Of a DNA stretch of 34,440 bases, positions 7,233 through 14,418 are shown in pieces (the first letter of the stretch is position 1; every line of letters begins with the position of its first letter). The stretch is from a virus. The translations under genes were made by a program, and so were the position numbers. Under the pieces are notes generated by a model. That model had not been told where the DNA came from. It did no database searches and saw only the letters and a list, made by a program, of their open reading frames with translations. The stretch is from IMG/VR virus record IMGVR_UViG_3300029555_000016, positions 1 to 34,440 of that record; one strand, 5' to 3'.

Positions 7233-7402
7233 GGCTTTTCCTTCCTTTGCTTTTCGGCTTTCCTGATCTCCGCTATCGCCCGATTGATTCCCGCCGCATA
7301 GTCTTCGTATAACAGCTCTTTTTCTTTATTCTCCGGTTGACGCGCCTTGTCTTTATAAAACATTGCATAGATTTCCAAGCGTTCCTGTATTTCTTTATCC
7401 AT
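7229..7402 (-). CDS. Small hypothetical protein (57 aa, below the ORF-track cutoff)
   Basis: My translation: MDKEIQERLEIYAMFYKDKARQPENKEKELLYEDYAAGINRAIAEIRKAEKQRKEKP. It fills an otherwise empty gap and has an ATGA overlap with the next gene. Confidence 0.5.
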   Translation of the reverse strand: MDKEIQERLEIYAMFYKDKARQPENKEKELLYEDYAAGINRAIAEIRKAEKQRKEKP

Positions 7403-7414
7403 TTTTTCTCCGCC

Positions 7415-7798
7415 TCAAATATAATCCCCGAACTCTTCGCTGTATCGGACTTTGAAATGCCGGCACAGCCATTTCTCTATCTTCTCCCGCATTTGCCCCG
7501 AACAGCGGCTGTCCAGCAGCAAATCCCTTGCGTGTATCATCACCGCGCAGTCCTGAATCTGCTTCAAATAACTCTCCTCGAACTCCTCCGACCAATCCGC
7601 GGGGCTGAATGTGTTTATCGTTCCCCCGTAAAGTTCAAGCTGTTCGTTCAGCCAGTTCACCAGCTTTGCGTATCGGCTTTCTTCTTCCAGAAGCTCCCCG
7701 AGCTTCTCCCGCCAAGCATAACTGAAATAAATCCCGTCGTTCTTGCGGATCTCCCGTTCTATCGCGGCACTCATGTCTTTTACGCTGTATTCTTTCAT
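7415..7798 (-). CDS. Hypothetical phage protein
   Basis: 127-aa ORF in the replication module. Confidence 0.55.
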   Translation of the reverse strand: MKEYSVKDMSAAIEREIRKNDGIYFSYAWREKLGELLEEESRYAKLVNWLNEQLELYGGTINTFSPADWSEEFEESYLKQIQDCAVMIHARDLLLDSRCSGQMREKIEKWLCRHFKVRYSEEFGDYI

Positions 7799-7809
7799 AA
7801 GCGCCCCCT

Positions 7810-8781
7810 TTAAAACGGTGTGTCCAGATCCTCCGATAACTCCGTCAACGTCACTTTTCCGATTCTGATATGCTCTTGTGTCGGACTCACGTCCCAGCCG
7901 TAGCGGATATTTTCCCCAGGATAATTCAAAAATCGCTTGGACTTCGGATCGAAATATACACCTACCATACTGTCGTCATCTCCGAACTCTCGGTCTTTTG
8001 CTATCTCGATAATATTTGAATATTCCAGCGCGGGGTGCCCTTCTTTCCATCCGAAGTACTCACCCGCACGGATTTTGAAATCTTCCGTCACTCGGTGTAC
8101 CAACAGCACCGTGTCGGCTGTATTGATTATATCTCCGCTTCCCCCTACGTCCTCGATTCTCGGCAACGTTTTAACTTTGTTCGGATGCGCTACCAAGATG
8201 ATACAGATATTTTTTCTTTGGGCGTAATGTTGAAGCTTTTTGACGATCTGGCTTTGGGACTCCCACTTACTGTCCCTCATTCCGTCCAGCTCGATCTTCA
8301 TCAGGTTATCCAGGATTACAAACTTAATCTTCGGATTTTTCTTAACCTCTTCGCTTATGTCCGCACAGATTTTTTCCGCGTCGAAGTTCGCGTTGTCGTA
8401 TACTTTCAGTTTCGCACTGATCCAATCGTCAACCGCTTTTTTGACTTCTTTCGTTCGCGGGTAGAACAGCTCTTTCCCTGTCGAGGTCGTGTATCCCGTC
8501 AAATGTTCGGGACCTAATGCCTGTAACGTCAGCCAATTCTTCAACCGCGGGTTTGCCATTTCGAAAGAGCAGATCAATCCCGAATAGCCCTTGTCGATAA
8601 AGTTACACGTCAACTGGCCTGTGAGCGTCGTCTTCCCGCCGGCTCTCGTTCCCGTCACGATCACAAGTTGTCCTAAACCTAATCCCAAAATCGCTCTATC
8701 CAGCTTTTCTATCCCTGTTTTTAAGTATTGGCTCTCGTCGATTCTGAAATCCTCTATGTCGTTGTATGTACGAAATCCCAT
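7810..8781 (-). CDS. DnaB-C/RecA-like replicative helicase ATPase
   Basis: GIEKLDRAILGLGLGQLVIVTGTRAGGKTTL (Walker A) ... FVILDNLMKIE (Walker B). Confidence 0.75.
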   Translation of the reverse strand: MGFRTYNDIEDFRIDESQYLKTGIEKLDRAILGLGLGQLVIVTGTRAGGKTTLTGQLTCNFIDKGYSGLICSFEMANPRLKNWLTLQALGPEHLTGYTTSTGKELFYPRTKEVKKAVDDWISAKLKVYDNANFDAEKICADISEEVKKNPKIKFVILDNLMKIELDGMRDSKWESQSQIVKKLQHYAQRKNICIILVAHPNKVKTLPRIEDVGGSGDIINTADTVLLVHRVTEDFKIRAGEYFGWKEGHPALEYSNIIEIAKDREFGDDDSMVGVYFDPKSKRFLNYPGENIRYGWDVSPTQEHIRIGKVTLTELSEDLDTPF

Positions 8782-8788
8782 GTTCGCC

Positions 8789-9499
8789 TCACAAAATATT
8801 TTTTATCGGCCGCCTGCTTTCGCACTTCGGGAGCGTATCGGGATATGGTTGATGCGCTTCCCATGTGATAAACTTCTGCTTCCACGCTTTCACGGGCTTG
8901 CCTTCGCTGTCGTGCCAATTTCCCGCCTCGAAGTAGTCGAAAAACTTTTTCGCCAAATCTACCCGCCCTCTCTCTTCCGCATATGCCGTTACTTCCTCTA
9001 ACGTCGGCGGTATAAATTCTTTCCGCTTTTTCCCTGCGTTTTCGTTCAAGCTGCTTTCTTCGGCTGATAAGGGGAATGTTTCCCCGCCTTCGTCGCTTTT
9101 TTCTTTTTGAGTACGTAAGTACTCTTTTTCTTTTTCATTTACATTTACATTTACATTTACATTTACATTTTCATTAGGTTTCGGGATGGTTTCGGTTGCT
9201 TCCGTTTCGGTTATGCTTTGGTTTTCGTTTGGTTTATTGTTGGTTTCGGTTTGATTTCCTTTCGCTTCCGTTTCGGTTTTCGGTCTTCCGCCTTTTTTAC
9301 CGTTTTCGTAACGGACGTTATTCGCGTCAAGCTGGGGTTTTATCAATCCGAAAATTACGCTTTCTATCACTCCGAGTTCCCCTTCCGCGCCTTCAAGTGC
9401 ATAATCAAAGATCGCTTTCATAATCGTTGCAAACTGTTCGTCGGGCAACTTGCGCAGTTGATCGGCGTAGGACTTGTAAAAAATAAAACTTTCTCGCAT
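8789..9499 (-). CDS. Replication organiser / DnaD-like initiator
   Basis: Start moved to ATG 9499 (GGAGAGGAG ribosome-binding site). MRESFIFYKSYADQLRKLPDEQFATIMKAIFDY is a typical N-terminus, and the C-terminal half reads ..FFDYFEAGNWHDSEGKPVKAWKQKFITWE. The upstream 71 codons of the track ORF overlap erf and look non-coding. Confidence 0.65.
   Translation of the reverse strand: MRESFIFYKSYADQLRKLPDEQFATIMKAIFDYALEGAEGELGVIESVIFGLIKPQLDANNVRYENGKKGGRPKTETEAKGNQTETNNKPNENQSITETEATETIPKPNENVNVNVNVNVNEKEKEYLRTQKEKSDEGGETFPLSAEESSLNENAGKKRKEFIPPTLEEVTAYAEERGRVDLAKKFFDYFEAGNWHDSEGKPVKAWKQKFITWEAHQPYPDTLPKCESRRPIKNIL
9136..9170. repeat. Hexanucleotide microsatellite (CATTTA x5.8) encoding an (Asn-Val)n linker
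   Basis: catttacatttacatttacatttacatttacattt lies inside the organiser gene and translates to NVNVNVNVNVN. Confidence 0.9.
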
Positions 9500-9516
9500 T
9501 TCTTCACTCCTCTCCT

Positions 9517-10206
9517 TCAATCCGTCATGGAAAACGGAGGCTCTACCCCGTCCGCTTGCTCTTTCAATGCCTTTCCTCGTTCCTGCTTCTCTTTCTGTTC
9601 CGTCAGTTTCGCCCGCGCTGCTTCCGTTGCGTCTTTGTCCCAATCCTGAAATGCTATCCCGAATTTCTTTTCGAACCAGGCTATCGTCGCTTCTGCATTG
9701 CTCACTCCGCACACCTGCACAAGCTCGCTTTTCGTCAATCGCTTGAACTCTTCGTTTTTTTCGACAGGTTGCACCTTCTTTTCTGCCTTCGTCGCTTCCC
9801 TGGGTGCCGTCTGTCCGTTATTTGTCGTGTCACTGTCTTTCGTATCGTCTATCGCGAACAGCCCGTTTAACGCATATTTCCGCGCGTATGACGAGCTTGC
9901 ACCCGTTACCTGACTTCCGTCCATTCCCTTCTTTTCCGCTTCCTCACGCGCATATGCCGTGTTTTCTACCACTCCGTCGCTTTCAAGATCTATCAGCCGC
10001 GCTGTGGACTTTATGTAATATCTTTCTCCGATTTGGATTACCTCGTCACCCATCACGCTTACTGCCTTGTACTTGGCACATAACGGTTTGACCGCCTCCA
10101 ATATATCCTCACAATTCCGATAGTTATATTTCCCGAATGAGTTATATTGACTTTTCGGCGCTTTCAGTTCCGACTGTATCGCCGACAGCTTTTCGTAGAT
10201 TGTCAT
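9517..10206 (-). CDS. erf: ERF-family single-strand annealing recombinase
   Basis: MTIYEKLSAIQSELKAPKSQYNSFGKYNYRNCEDILEAVKPL...GASSSYARKYALNGLFAIDD. Confidence 0.85.
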   Translation of the reverse strand: MTIYEKLSAIQSELKAPKSQYNSFGKYNYRNCEDILEAVKPLCAKYKAVSVMGDEVIQIGERYYIKSTARLIDLESDGVVENTAYAREEAEKKGMDGSQVTGASSSYARKYALNGLFAIDDTKDSDTTNNGQTAPREATKAEKKVQPVEKNEEFKRLTKSELVQVCGVSNAEATIAWFEKKFGIAFQDWDKDATEAARAKLTEQKEKQERGKALKEQADGVEPPFSMTD

Positions 10207-10721
10207 TATTCTGCCCTCCTTTCCACTTTATAGGGGCATTTCCCGCTCGGCATGGTTACCCAATGAAACAGATAATAAATCCCGTCTGCGCCGTATGTAG
10301 GCTTGTTTTCTTTCCGCAGTTCTTCTCCCGTCACACGGCATTTATGTACGTAGCCGTCGTCTTCCCATGCGATCGCTTTTTTGTAAGGGCAATTTCCGCA
10401 ACCCTCTGTACTCAATTTTTCCCAGAATTTCTCTCTGCGTTTTTCTTTCTCGGTCCTTATGCGTTCCTGCTCTATCTTTTCACTCGCCTCTTTCAGCTCT
10501 GCAAGGCGTTTATACACGCCCTCGGACACTTCCACTCCATGCCGTTCCGCATACCCTACGATCGTCTTTAATCGCGCATAATCGCTTTCCGTTCCGCTCT
10601 CGTACATCTTCAATTTGTTTCCTTGATACCCGCTGAATCTCGGATAGCAGTCATGCAAAAACTCGGCGTTCTTTTCGTCCAGCGTACACACTACTTTCCC
10701 GGCTTCTATCATCAGTTTCAT
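10206..10721 (-). CDS. Hypothetical protein with Cys clusters (CGNCPYKK..HKCRV..GKCPYK)
   Basis: 171-aa ORF with coupled start and stop codons relative to its neighbours. Confidence 0.55.
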   Translation of the reverse strand: MKLMIEAGKVVCTLDEKNAEFLHDCYPRFSGYQGNKLKMYESGTESDYARLKTIVGYAERHGVEVSEGVYKRLAELKEASEKIEQERIRTEKEKRREKFWEKLSTEGCGNCPYKKAIAWEDDGYVHKCRVTGEELRKENKPTYGADGIYYLFHWVTMPSGKCPYKVERRAE

Positions 10722-10921
10722 GCTACCACCTCGCTTTCTAAAAGCAACAGACTGTAAAGGTATTCCTCTATCGCTTCTTCGTCTGTCTGCGCTCCGTTCA
10801 AGCCCTCTATCGTAAAGAAGAGATACCTCTCGTCATCGTTCAACGGCTCTCCGTTTCTCATGCGACGGAATATACTTTCCAGCTTCACTCTCAAAAGATT
10901 TTTCTTCTCAAACTTCGTCAT
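10718..10921 (-). CDS. Hypothetical phage protein
   Basis: 67-aa ORF with an ATGA-type overlap. Confidence 0.5.
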   Translation of the reverse strand: MTKFEKKNLLRVKLESIFRRMRNGEPLNDDERYLFFTIEGLNGAQTDEEAIEEYLYSLLLLESEVVA

Positions 10922-11060
10922 AACCGTTCCTCCGAAAAATTCCTTTTAACTGTTCCCGCTCCGCTTCCTCGATAAGTCTTAATAGCTCTGCCTTGCTCAT
11001 TACAACCTTAACAGGCTTCCGCTCGATACATTTATCGACCAACTTTTCTAACCACTTCAT
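10908..11060 (-). CDS. Small hypothetical protein (50 aa, below the ORF-track cutoff)
   Basis: GAGGTGA ribosome-binding site then ATG 11060. Translation MKWLEKLVDKCIERKPVKVVMSKAELLRLIEEAEREQLKGIFRRNGYDEV. It overlaps the next start. Confidence 0.45.
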   Translation of the reverse strand: MKWLEKLVDKCIERKPVKVVMSKAELLRLIEEAEREQLKGIFRRNGYDEV

Positions 11061-11068
11061 AGCTCACC

Positions 11069-11434
11069 TCACGCGCCTTTCAACGCTCTTAAATAGTCTT
11101 CGTGTCCTCGCTGATATGGCTTCGTCCTTTGCTCTATCGTCTTATACAACTCAATGAGCATTTCTGCCGTCCACTCTACCGCTTCTCCCAGCGCATTTTC
11201 GCCCGTGAAAATTTTGTCTTTGTCGGATATGTTGTATTTCTCCTCCATATCGATATTGACCGTTATGGAATTCAGCTTTGCCGAAAAGTTCACAAACGCT
11301 TCCGTTCCGCTTATTCCCAGCCACCCGAATGTCGTAAACTGCACGCCCTGCCAATACCACCCTTGCTCGCACAGCTTCCCGCCTATCCGTTTCATCAACC
11401 TTTCTTTCATTCGTTCTTCTGCCGTCTTTCCCAT
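11069..11434 (-). CDS. First gene of the leftward early operon, hypothetical
   Basis: Start moved to ATG 11434, 8 nt after GGAGG. The track start at 11440 is a TTG. Confidence 0.55.
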   Translation of the reverse strand: MGKTAEERMKERLMKRIGGKLCEQGWYWQGVQFTTFGWLGISGTEAFVNFSAKLNSITVNIDMEEKYNISDKDKIFTGENALGEAVEWTAEMLIELYKTIEQRTKPYQRGHEDYLRALKGA

Positions 11435-11449
11435 TTTCAAGACCTCCGC

Positions 11450-11479
11450 TTGACTTTCACCAACAATTTATAGTATAAT
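11450..11479 (+). promoter_or_regulatory. Sigma-70-type promoter, rightward (TTGACT-18 nt-TATAAT)
   Basis: TTGACT at 11450-11455 and TATAAT at 11474-11479. It faces the leftward promoter. Confidence 0.6.
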
Positions 11480-11510
11480 AATTGTTACTCTATAAATTTT
11501 ATTATGCTTA

Positions 11511-11560
11511 CACTATATTTTATTAGTGTGATTGTATTATATCACTAATAATTTATAGTG
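11511..11560. promoter_or_regulatory. Two 18-bp palindromic operator candidates, CACTA-N8-TAGTG
   Basis: cactatattttattagtg (11511-11528) and cactaataatttatagtg (11543-11560) have centres 32 bp apart and cover the start site and spacer of the leftward promoter. There are also three AATTTATAG copies: 11465-11473, 11490-11498 (inverted) and 11550-11558. Confidence 0.5.
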
Positions 11561-11564
11561 TCAA
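11536..11564 (-). promoter_or_regulatory. Consensus sigma-70 promoter, leftward (TTGACA-17 nt-TATAAT), for the early operon
   Basis: Minus strand reads TTGACActataaattattagtgaTATAAT. Confidence 0.65.
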
Positions 11565-11583
11565 GCGTTTGGAGAAAATAAAT

Positions 11584-11781
11584 ATGAAAAATTTTTTATC
11601 TGAAAAACGAAAGGCATTAGGCTTGACACAACCGCAAGTAGCTGAACTTGCCCAGCTATCAAACTATACTGTTTTGCAAGGATATGAAAACGGAAGACAT
11701 GAACCCACTGTAAGCGTTGCCATTCGCCTTGCACGAGCTTTGCATACAACGGTCGAGGAATTATTCCAAGTAGAAGATTAA
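11584..11781 (+). CDS. XRE-family HTH regulator A (65 aa)
   Basis: Start at ATG 11584 after GGAG. LSEKRKALGLTQPQVAELAQLSNYTVLQGYENGRHEP. Confidence 0.75.
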   Translation: MKNFLSEKRKALGLTQPQVAELAQLSNYTVLQGYENGRHEPTVSVAIRLARALHTTVEELFQVED

Positions 11782-11963
11782 TCGCTGTATAAGGCTTCTA
11801 CTGTCGTTTCAAGGGCTTTTGCAATCTTTACTGCTGTTGAAGCAATTGGCTCATGTCTGTTTGTTTCGTAGCCTTGATATTGACTTTCCTTAATGCCGCA
11901 CTTATCTGATACTTGCTTCTGCGTAAGGTTTAATGCCTCTCTGCGGGCTTTTAACTTATTCAT
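11778..11963 (-). CDS. XRE-family HTH regulator B (61 aa), paralogue of A
   Basis: LKARREALNLTQKQVSDKCGIKESQYQGYETNRHEP. It is convergent with A, and the two stop codons share the palindrome GATTAATC. Confidence 0.75.
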   Translation of the reverse strand: MNKLKARREALNLTQKQVSDKCGIKESQYQGYETNRHEPIASTAVKIAKALETTVEALYSD

Positions 11964-11995
11964 TTGTTTACTCCTGATAAATTTGAGGTGGGGTT

Positions 11996-12499
11996 ATGGA
12001 TATTTTAGCTTTAATTATTTCTATCTTATCTGCTATCGGAACTTGCGTTGCGGCTTATTTTGCTTTTAGAGCTAATAGACCTAAAATAAAAATAACAGTA
12101 GGCTCTTATTGCTGTTTTTCTCAGGAGAAAAATTATTCATACGTTTATGTGGAATTTTATAATATTTCTCCTGCAACCGAAACAATCAGTCGTATATCTT
12201 TAATAACTAAAAGCGGTAAAGTATATCATAGTAAAAACATTACAGAAAAACAAGATACTCAATTTTTACAGTTTGCCAACCAGGATAATTTCGAAGTAGA
12301 TACTGATAAAATCCTGTTAATCACTCCTATCGTCCTTAAACCCTTCTCCTTTACTTTTGGATGTGTTATTTTCTTTAATTCCGTCCTTACTCACGGAGAA
12401 ACTCTCGCTCTTCAATTTGACCGTGTATCTTGGTTCAAACATCCCATCATAAAATCTGTTATTGCGTCCAGAAATTTTGATGACAAACAATCGAATTAA
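11996..12499 (+). CDS. N-terminally anchored membrane protein, unknown function (A+T-rich accessory gene)
   Basis: GAGGTGGGG ribosome-binding site. The TM helix MDILALIISILSAIGTCVAAYFAF is followed by a beta-rich domain. Confidence 0.65.
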   Translation: MDILALIISILSAIGTCVAAYFAFRANRPKIKITVGSYCCFSQEKNYSYVYVEFYNISPATETISRISLITKSGKVYHSKNITEKQDTQFLQFANQDNFEVDTDKILLITPIVLKPFSFTFGCVIFFNSVLTHGETLALQFDRVSWFKHPIIKSVIASRNFDDKQSN

Positions 12500-12565
12500 T
12501 ATACATATCCAAATTAAAACCGTAAATCCGTTTATCGCAAAAATTACATAATATATTGGCTTCAT
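12317..12565 (-). CDS. Possible small membrane protein overlapping the 3' end of 11996..12499 in antisense
   Basis: GGAGG, a 6-nt spacer, then ATG 12565. The N-terminal TM is MKPIYYVIFAINGFTVLIWICILI. An 82-codon open frame in stop-rich A+T-rich DNA is unlikely by chance, but the true stop is uncertain. Confidence 0.35.
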   Translation of the reverse strand: MKPIYYVIFAINGFTVLIWICILIRLFVIKISGRNNRFYDGMFEPRYTVKLKSESFSVSKDGIKENNTSKSKGEGFKDDRSD

Positions 12566-12578
12566 TACCTTCCTCCCC

Positions 12579-12601
12579 GCAGGCTTCCCGCCTGCTTTTT
12601 T
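12579..12601 (+). terminator. Intrinsic terminator for the rightward accessory gene
   Basis: GCAGGC-ttccc-GCCTGC followed by TTTTTT. On the minus strand no U tract follows the hairpin. Confidence 0.55.
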
Positions 12602-13376
12602 AGTTGTACTTCACCGCTTCGTCGCGCGTGATAAAGAAATGAATACCTGTCGAACACTCGTTCCAGCGGTTTTCATCGAAGTCTGATACACTGACCGTTT
12701 CGCCTACTTTGTAAATAAACCTTTCGTCAAGGTCTGAACAAACCTCCGTTATGCCGCTGTCGCTTCCGTCTATCTCTGTTATCGAAAGTACTTTCGCTTT
12801 CGAGCAACGGCATTTCCGAGTCGTCGCGGACGAGCGTTTCGCATTTTTCGGAATCTGCAATTTGATAATTTTTTCACCTGCTTTTTTGAAGCCGATGAAA
12901 GAGCCTTCTTCGGGGCAACACAAAGCGAAAAACGCTGTATTTTCGTTATATATTGCCCCGCTAAGGTTTGCCCAGCTAAGGTTTGCTCCGCTAAGGTTTG
13001 CTCCGCGAAGGTTTGCCCCGCTAAGGTCTGCCCCACTAAGGTCTGCCCAGCTAAGGTTTGCTCCGCTAAGGTTTGCCCAGCTAAGGTTTGCTCCGCTAAG
13101 GTCTGCCCAGCTAAGGTCTGCCCCACTAAGGTCTGCCCAGCTAAGGTTTGCCCCGCTAAGGTTTGCCCCGCTAAGGTCTGCCCCACTAAGGTCTGCCCAG
13201 CTAAGGTTTGCTCCGCTAAGGTCTGCTCCGCGAAGGTTTGCCCCGCTAAGGTCTGCCCCACTAAGGTCTGCCCCGCTAAGGTTTGCCCCGCTAAGGTCTG
13301 CCCTTTCCCCACCTTCTTCATCGTTCAGCCATTTCCTATGCTTTTCAAGGATTTCGTTCAGTTCGGATTGTGTCAT
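12600..13376 (-). CDS. Pentapeptide-repeat protein (23 A(D/N)LS(G/W) repeats) with a Cys-containing C-terminal domain
   Basis: Start moved to ATG 13376 (AAAGGAG ribosome-binding site). [25 protein letters not shown] precedes the repeats. The C-terminus reads ...[13 protein letters not shown]...[13 protein letters not shown]...[20 protein letters not shown]. Confidence 0.85.
   Translation of the reverse strand: MTQSELNEILEKHRKWLNDEEGGERADLSGANLSGADLSGADLSGANLRGADLSGANLSWADLSGADLSGANLSGANLSWADLSGADLSWADLSGANLSWANLSGANLSWADLSGADLSGANLRGANLSGANLSWANLSGAIYNENTAFFALCCPEEGSFIGFKKAGEKIIKLQIPKNAKRSSATTRKCRCSKAKVLSITEIDGSDSGITEVCSDLDERFIYKVGETVSVSDFDENRWNECSTGIHFFITRDEAVKYN
12957..13301. repeat. Tandem 15-bp repeat array (23 units) encoding the pentapeptide repeats
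   Basis: Units such as ccgctaaggtttgcc, ccactaaggtctgcc and cagctaaggtttgct differ at only 1-3 positions. All frames on both strands stay open as a result. Confidence 0.95.
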
Positions 13377-13399
13377 CTTTGCTCCTTTCCCTCCACGGG

Positions 13400-13597
13400 C
13401 TATTTCACAAAACACGCGATTACTTCGTCGGTGCTTACGCCGAAAACTTCCGCAAGTTTCGTCGTCATAATAATATCAGGCTTTGCTTTCCCGTTTTCCC
13501 AATTACTGATAGTATTTTGTTTGACTTTTAACTTCTGCGCAAGTTCCATTTGAGTAAGTTTAGATTTTTTTCTCAATTCTTCAAACACTTCTTCCAC
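13400..13597 (-). CDS. Cro-like XRE HTH regulator
   Basis: [29 protein letters not shown]. It is divergent from the repressor. The true start is probably the second GTG (13588), which has better spacing from GGAGG. Confidence 0.75.
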   Translation of the reverse strand: MEEVFEELRKKSKLTQMELAQKLKVKQNTISNWENGKAKPDIIMTTKLAEVFGVSTDEVIACFVK

Positions 13598-13620
13598 CTC
13601 CTTTTTATCTATTACACTGA

Positions 13621-13649
13621 TATTATAACCCGTTTAATTGATAAAGTCA
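13621..13649 (-). promoter_or_regulatory. Leftward promoter of the cro-like operon (TTGACT-17 nt-TATAAT)
   Basis: Minus strand reads TTGACTttatcaattaaacgggtTATAAT. Confidence 0.65.
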
Positions 13650-13717
13650 ACTGTTTTATCAGTAATTTATCAATATTTTTTCTAAAAATATCTTTTTAAT
13701 TGATTTTACTGATAAAA
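13637..13717. promoter_or_regulatory. Operator-like TGATAAA/TTTATCA repeats in the cI/cro intergenic region
   Basis: ttgataaa (13637-13644), ttttatcagt (13653-13662), tttatcaa (13665-13672) and actgataaaa (13708-13717). The last is the exact reverse complement of 13653-13662. Confidence 0.55.
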
Positions 13718-13728
13718 TGTTTTATACT
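13700..13728 (+). promoter_or_regulatory. Rightward promoter of the repressor-integrase operon (TTGATT-17 nt-TATACT)
   Basis: TTGATT at 13700-13705 and TATACT at 13723-13728. Confidence 0.55.
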
Positions 13729-13762
13729 ATCCATGTAAATGATAATATATGGAGGTTCTAAT

Positions 13763-14416
13763 ATGGAGCAATATAGGCTAAATCTTAAAGCTGCACGAAA
13801 AAGTAAAGGTTTAACCCAGCAACAAGTCGCTGATTTTATAGGAATTTCTCAAAATAACTATTCTTACTGGGAAAACGGAAAAGTAAAAATTGATAATGTA
13901 TCACTTCAACGACTCTCAAATCTCTTTGACGTATCGGTAGATTTCCTTTTAGGTCGGGAAACGCATACGAGTATAGACACCACGCCCAAAGCTGTAAAAA
14001 TAAAAGACCTCGTCATTAAAGACGAGGTTGAAATAAATGATTTTTATCCGATTCCGCTTTTGGGAAGCGTTGTTGCAGGCGTTCCTATCGAAGCCCAGGA
14101 AGATTTAGAGGGATATGTTTATATCAGTTTCAGACCGAAAGAAGAATACTTTGCCCTCCGTGTTCATGGAGATAGTATGATAAACGCGGGAATTAGAGAT
14201 AACAGTATTTTAATTGTGCATAAACAACCTTACGCTACCTGCGGTGATATTGTCGTGGCTATGTTGAACGGAGAACAGACGGTCAAAAGGTTCAAAATGT
14301 ACGGCGACAACATTTTTTTGATGCCCGAGAATCCCGAATTTGAGCCTATTCCCGTACTGAAAGGCGCGGACTTCTTGATTTTAGGCAAGGTTGTTGAAGT
14401 CAGAATGACTTTATAA
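13763..14416 (+). CDS. LexA/cI-like repressor (XRE HTH plus S24 peptidase)
   Basis: Start at ATG 13763, 8 nt after GGAGG. HTH GLTQQQVADFIGISQNNYSYWENG. S24 motifs are ..VVAGVPIEA.., HGDSMINAG (Ser) and TVKRF (Lys). Confidence 0.88.
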   Translation: MEQYRLNLKAARKSKGLTQQQVADFIGISQNNYSYWENGKVKIDNVSLQRLSNLFDVSVDFLLGRETHTSIDTTPKAVKIKDLVIKDEVEINDFYPIPLLGSVVAGVPIEAQEDLEGYVYISFRPKEEYFALRVHGDSMINAGIRDNSILIVHKQPYATCGDIVVAMLNGEQTVKRFKMYGDNIFLMPENPEFEPIPVLKGADFLILGKVVEVRMTL

Positions 14417-14418
14417 TT

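Noticed and set aside
8789-9712. N-terminal extensions offered by the ORF track: 8789..9712 for the organiser, 19389..19742 for the fibre chaperone, and 13739, 25743, 31403, 13415 and 4103 as start positions
   Set aside because: The extensions overlap upstream genes, translate to Arg-rich sequence and lack ribosome-binding sites. Internal ATG or GTG codons with GGAGG-type sites at 5-9 nt were preferred.
12957-13301. Regularly spaced short repeats that could be mistaken for a CRISPR array
   Set aside because: The units are contiguous 15-mers with no spacers, and they lie in frame within a coding sequence.
12751-13470. 239-aa plus-strand ORF, together with the 180-aa minus-strand ORF 12779..13321, inside the pentapeptide gene
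   Set aside because: Both are by-products of the 15-bp periodic repeat, which keeps every frame open. Their translations are monotonous (LRFAP.., GQTLA..) and lack start signals. The A(D/N)LSG frame has the ribosome-binding site and flanking non-repeat domains.
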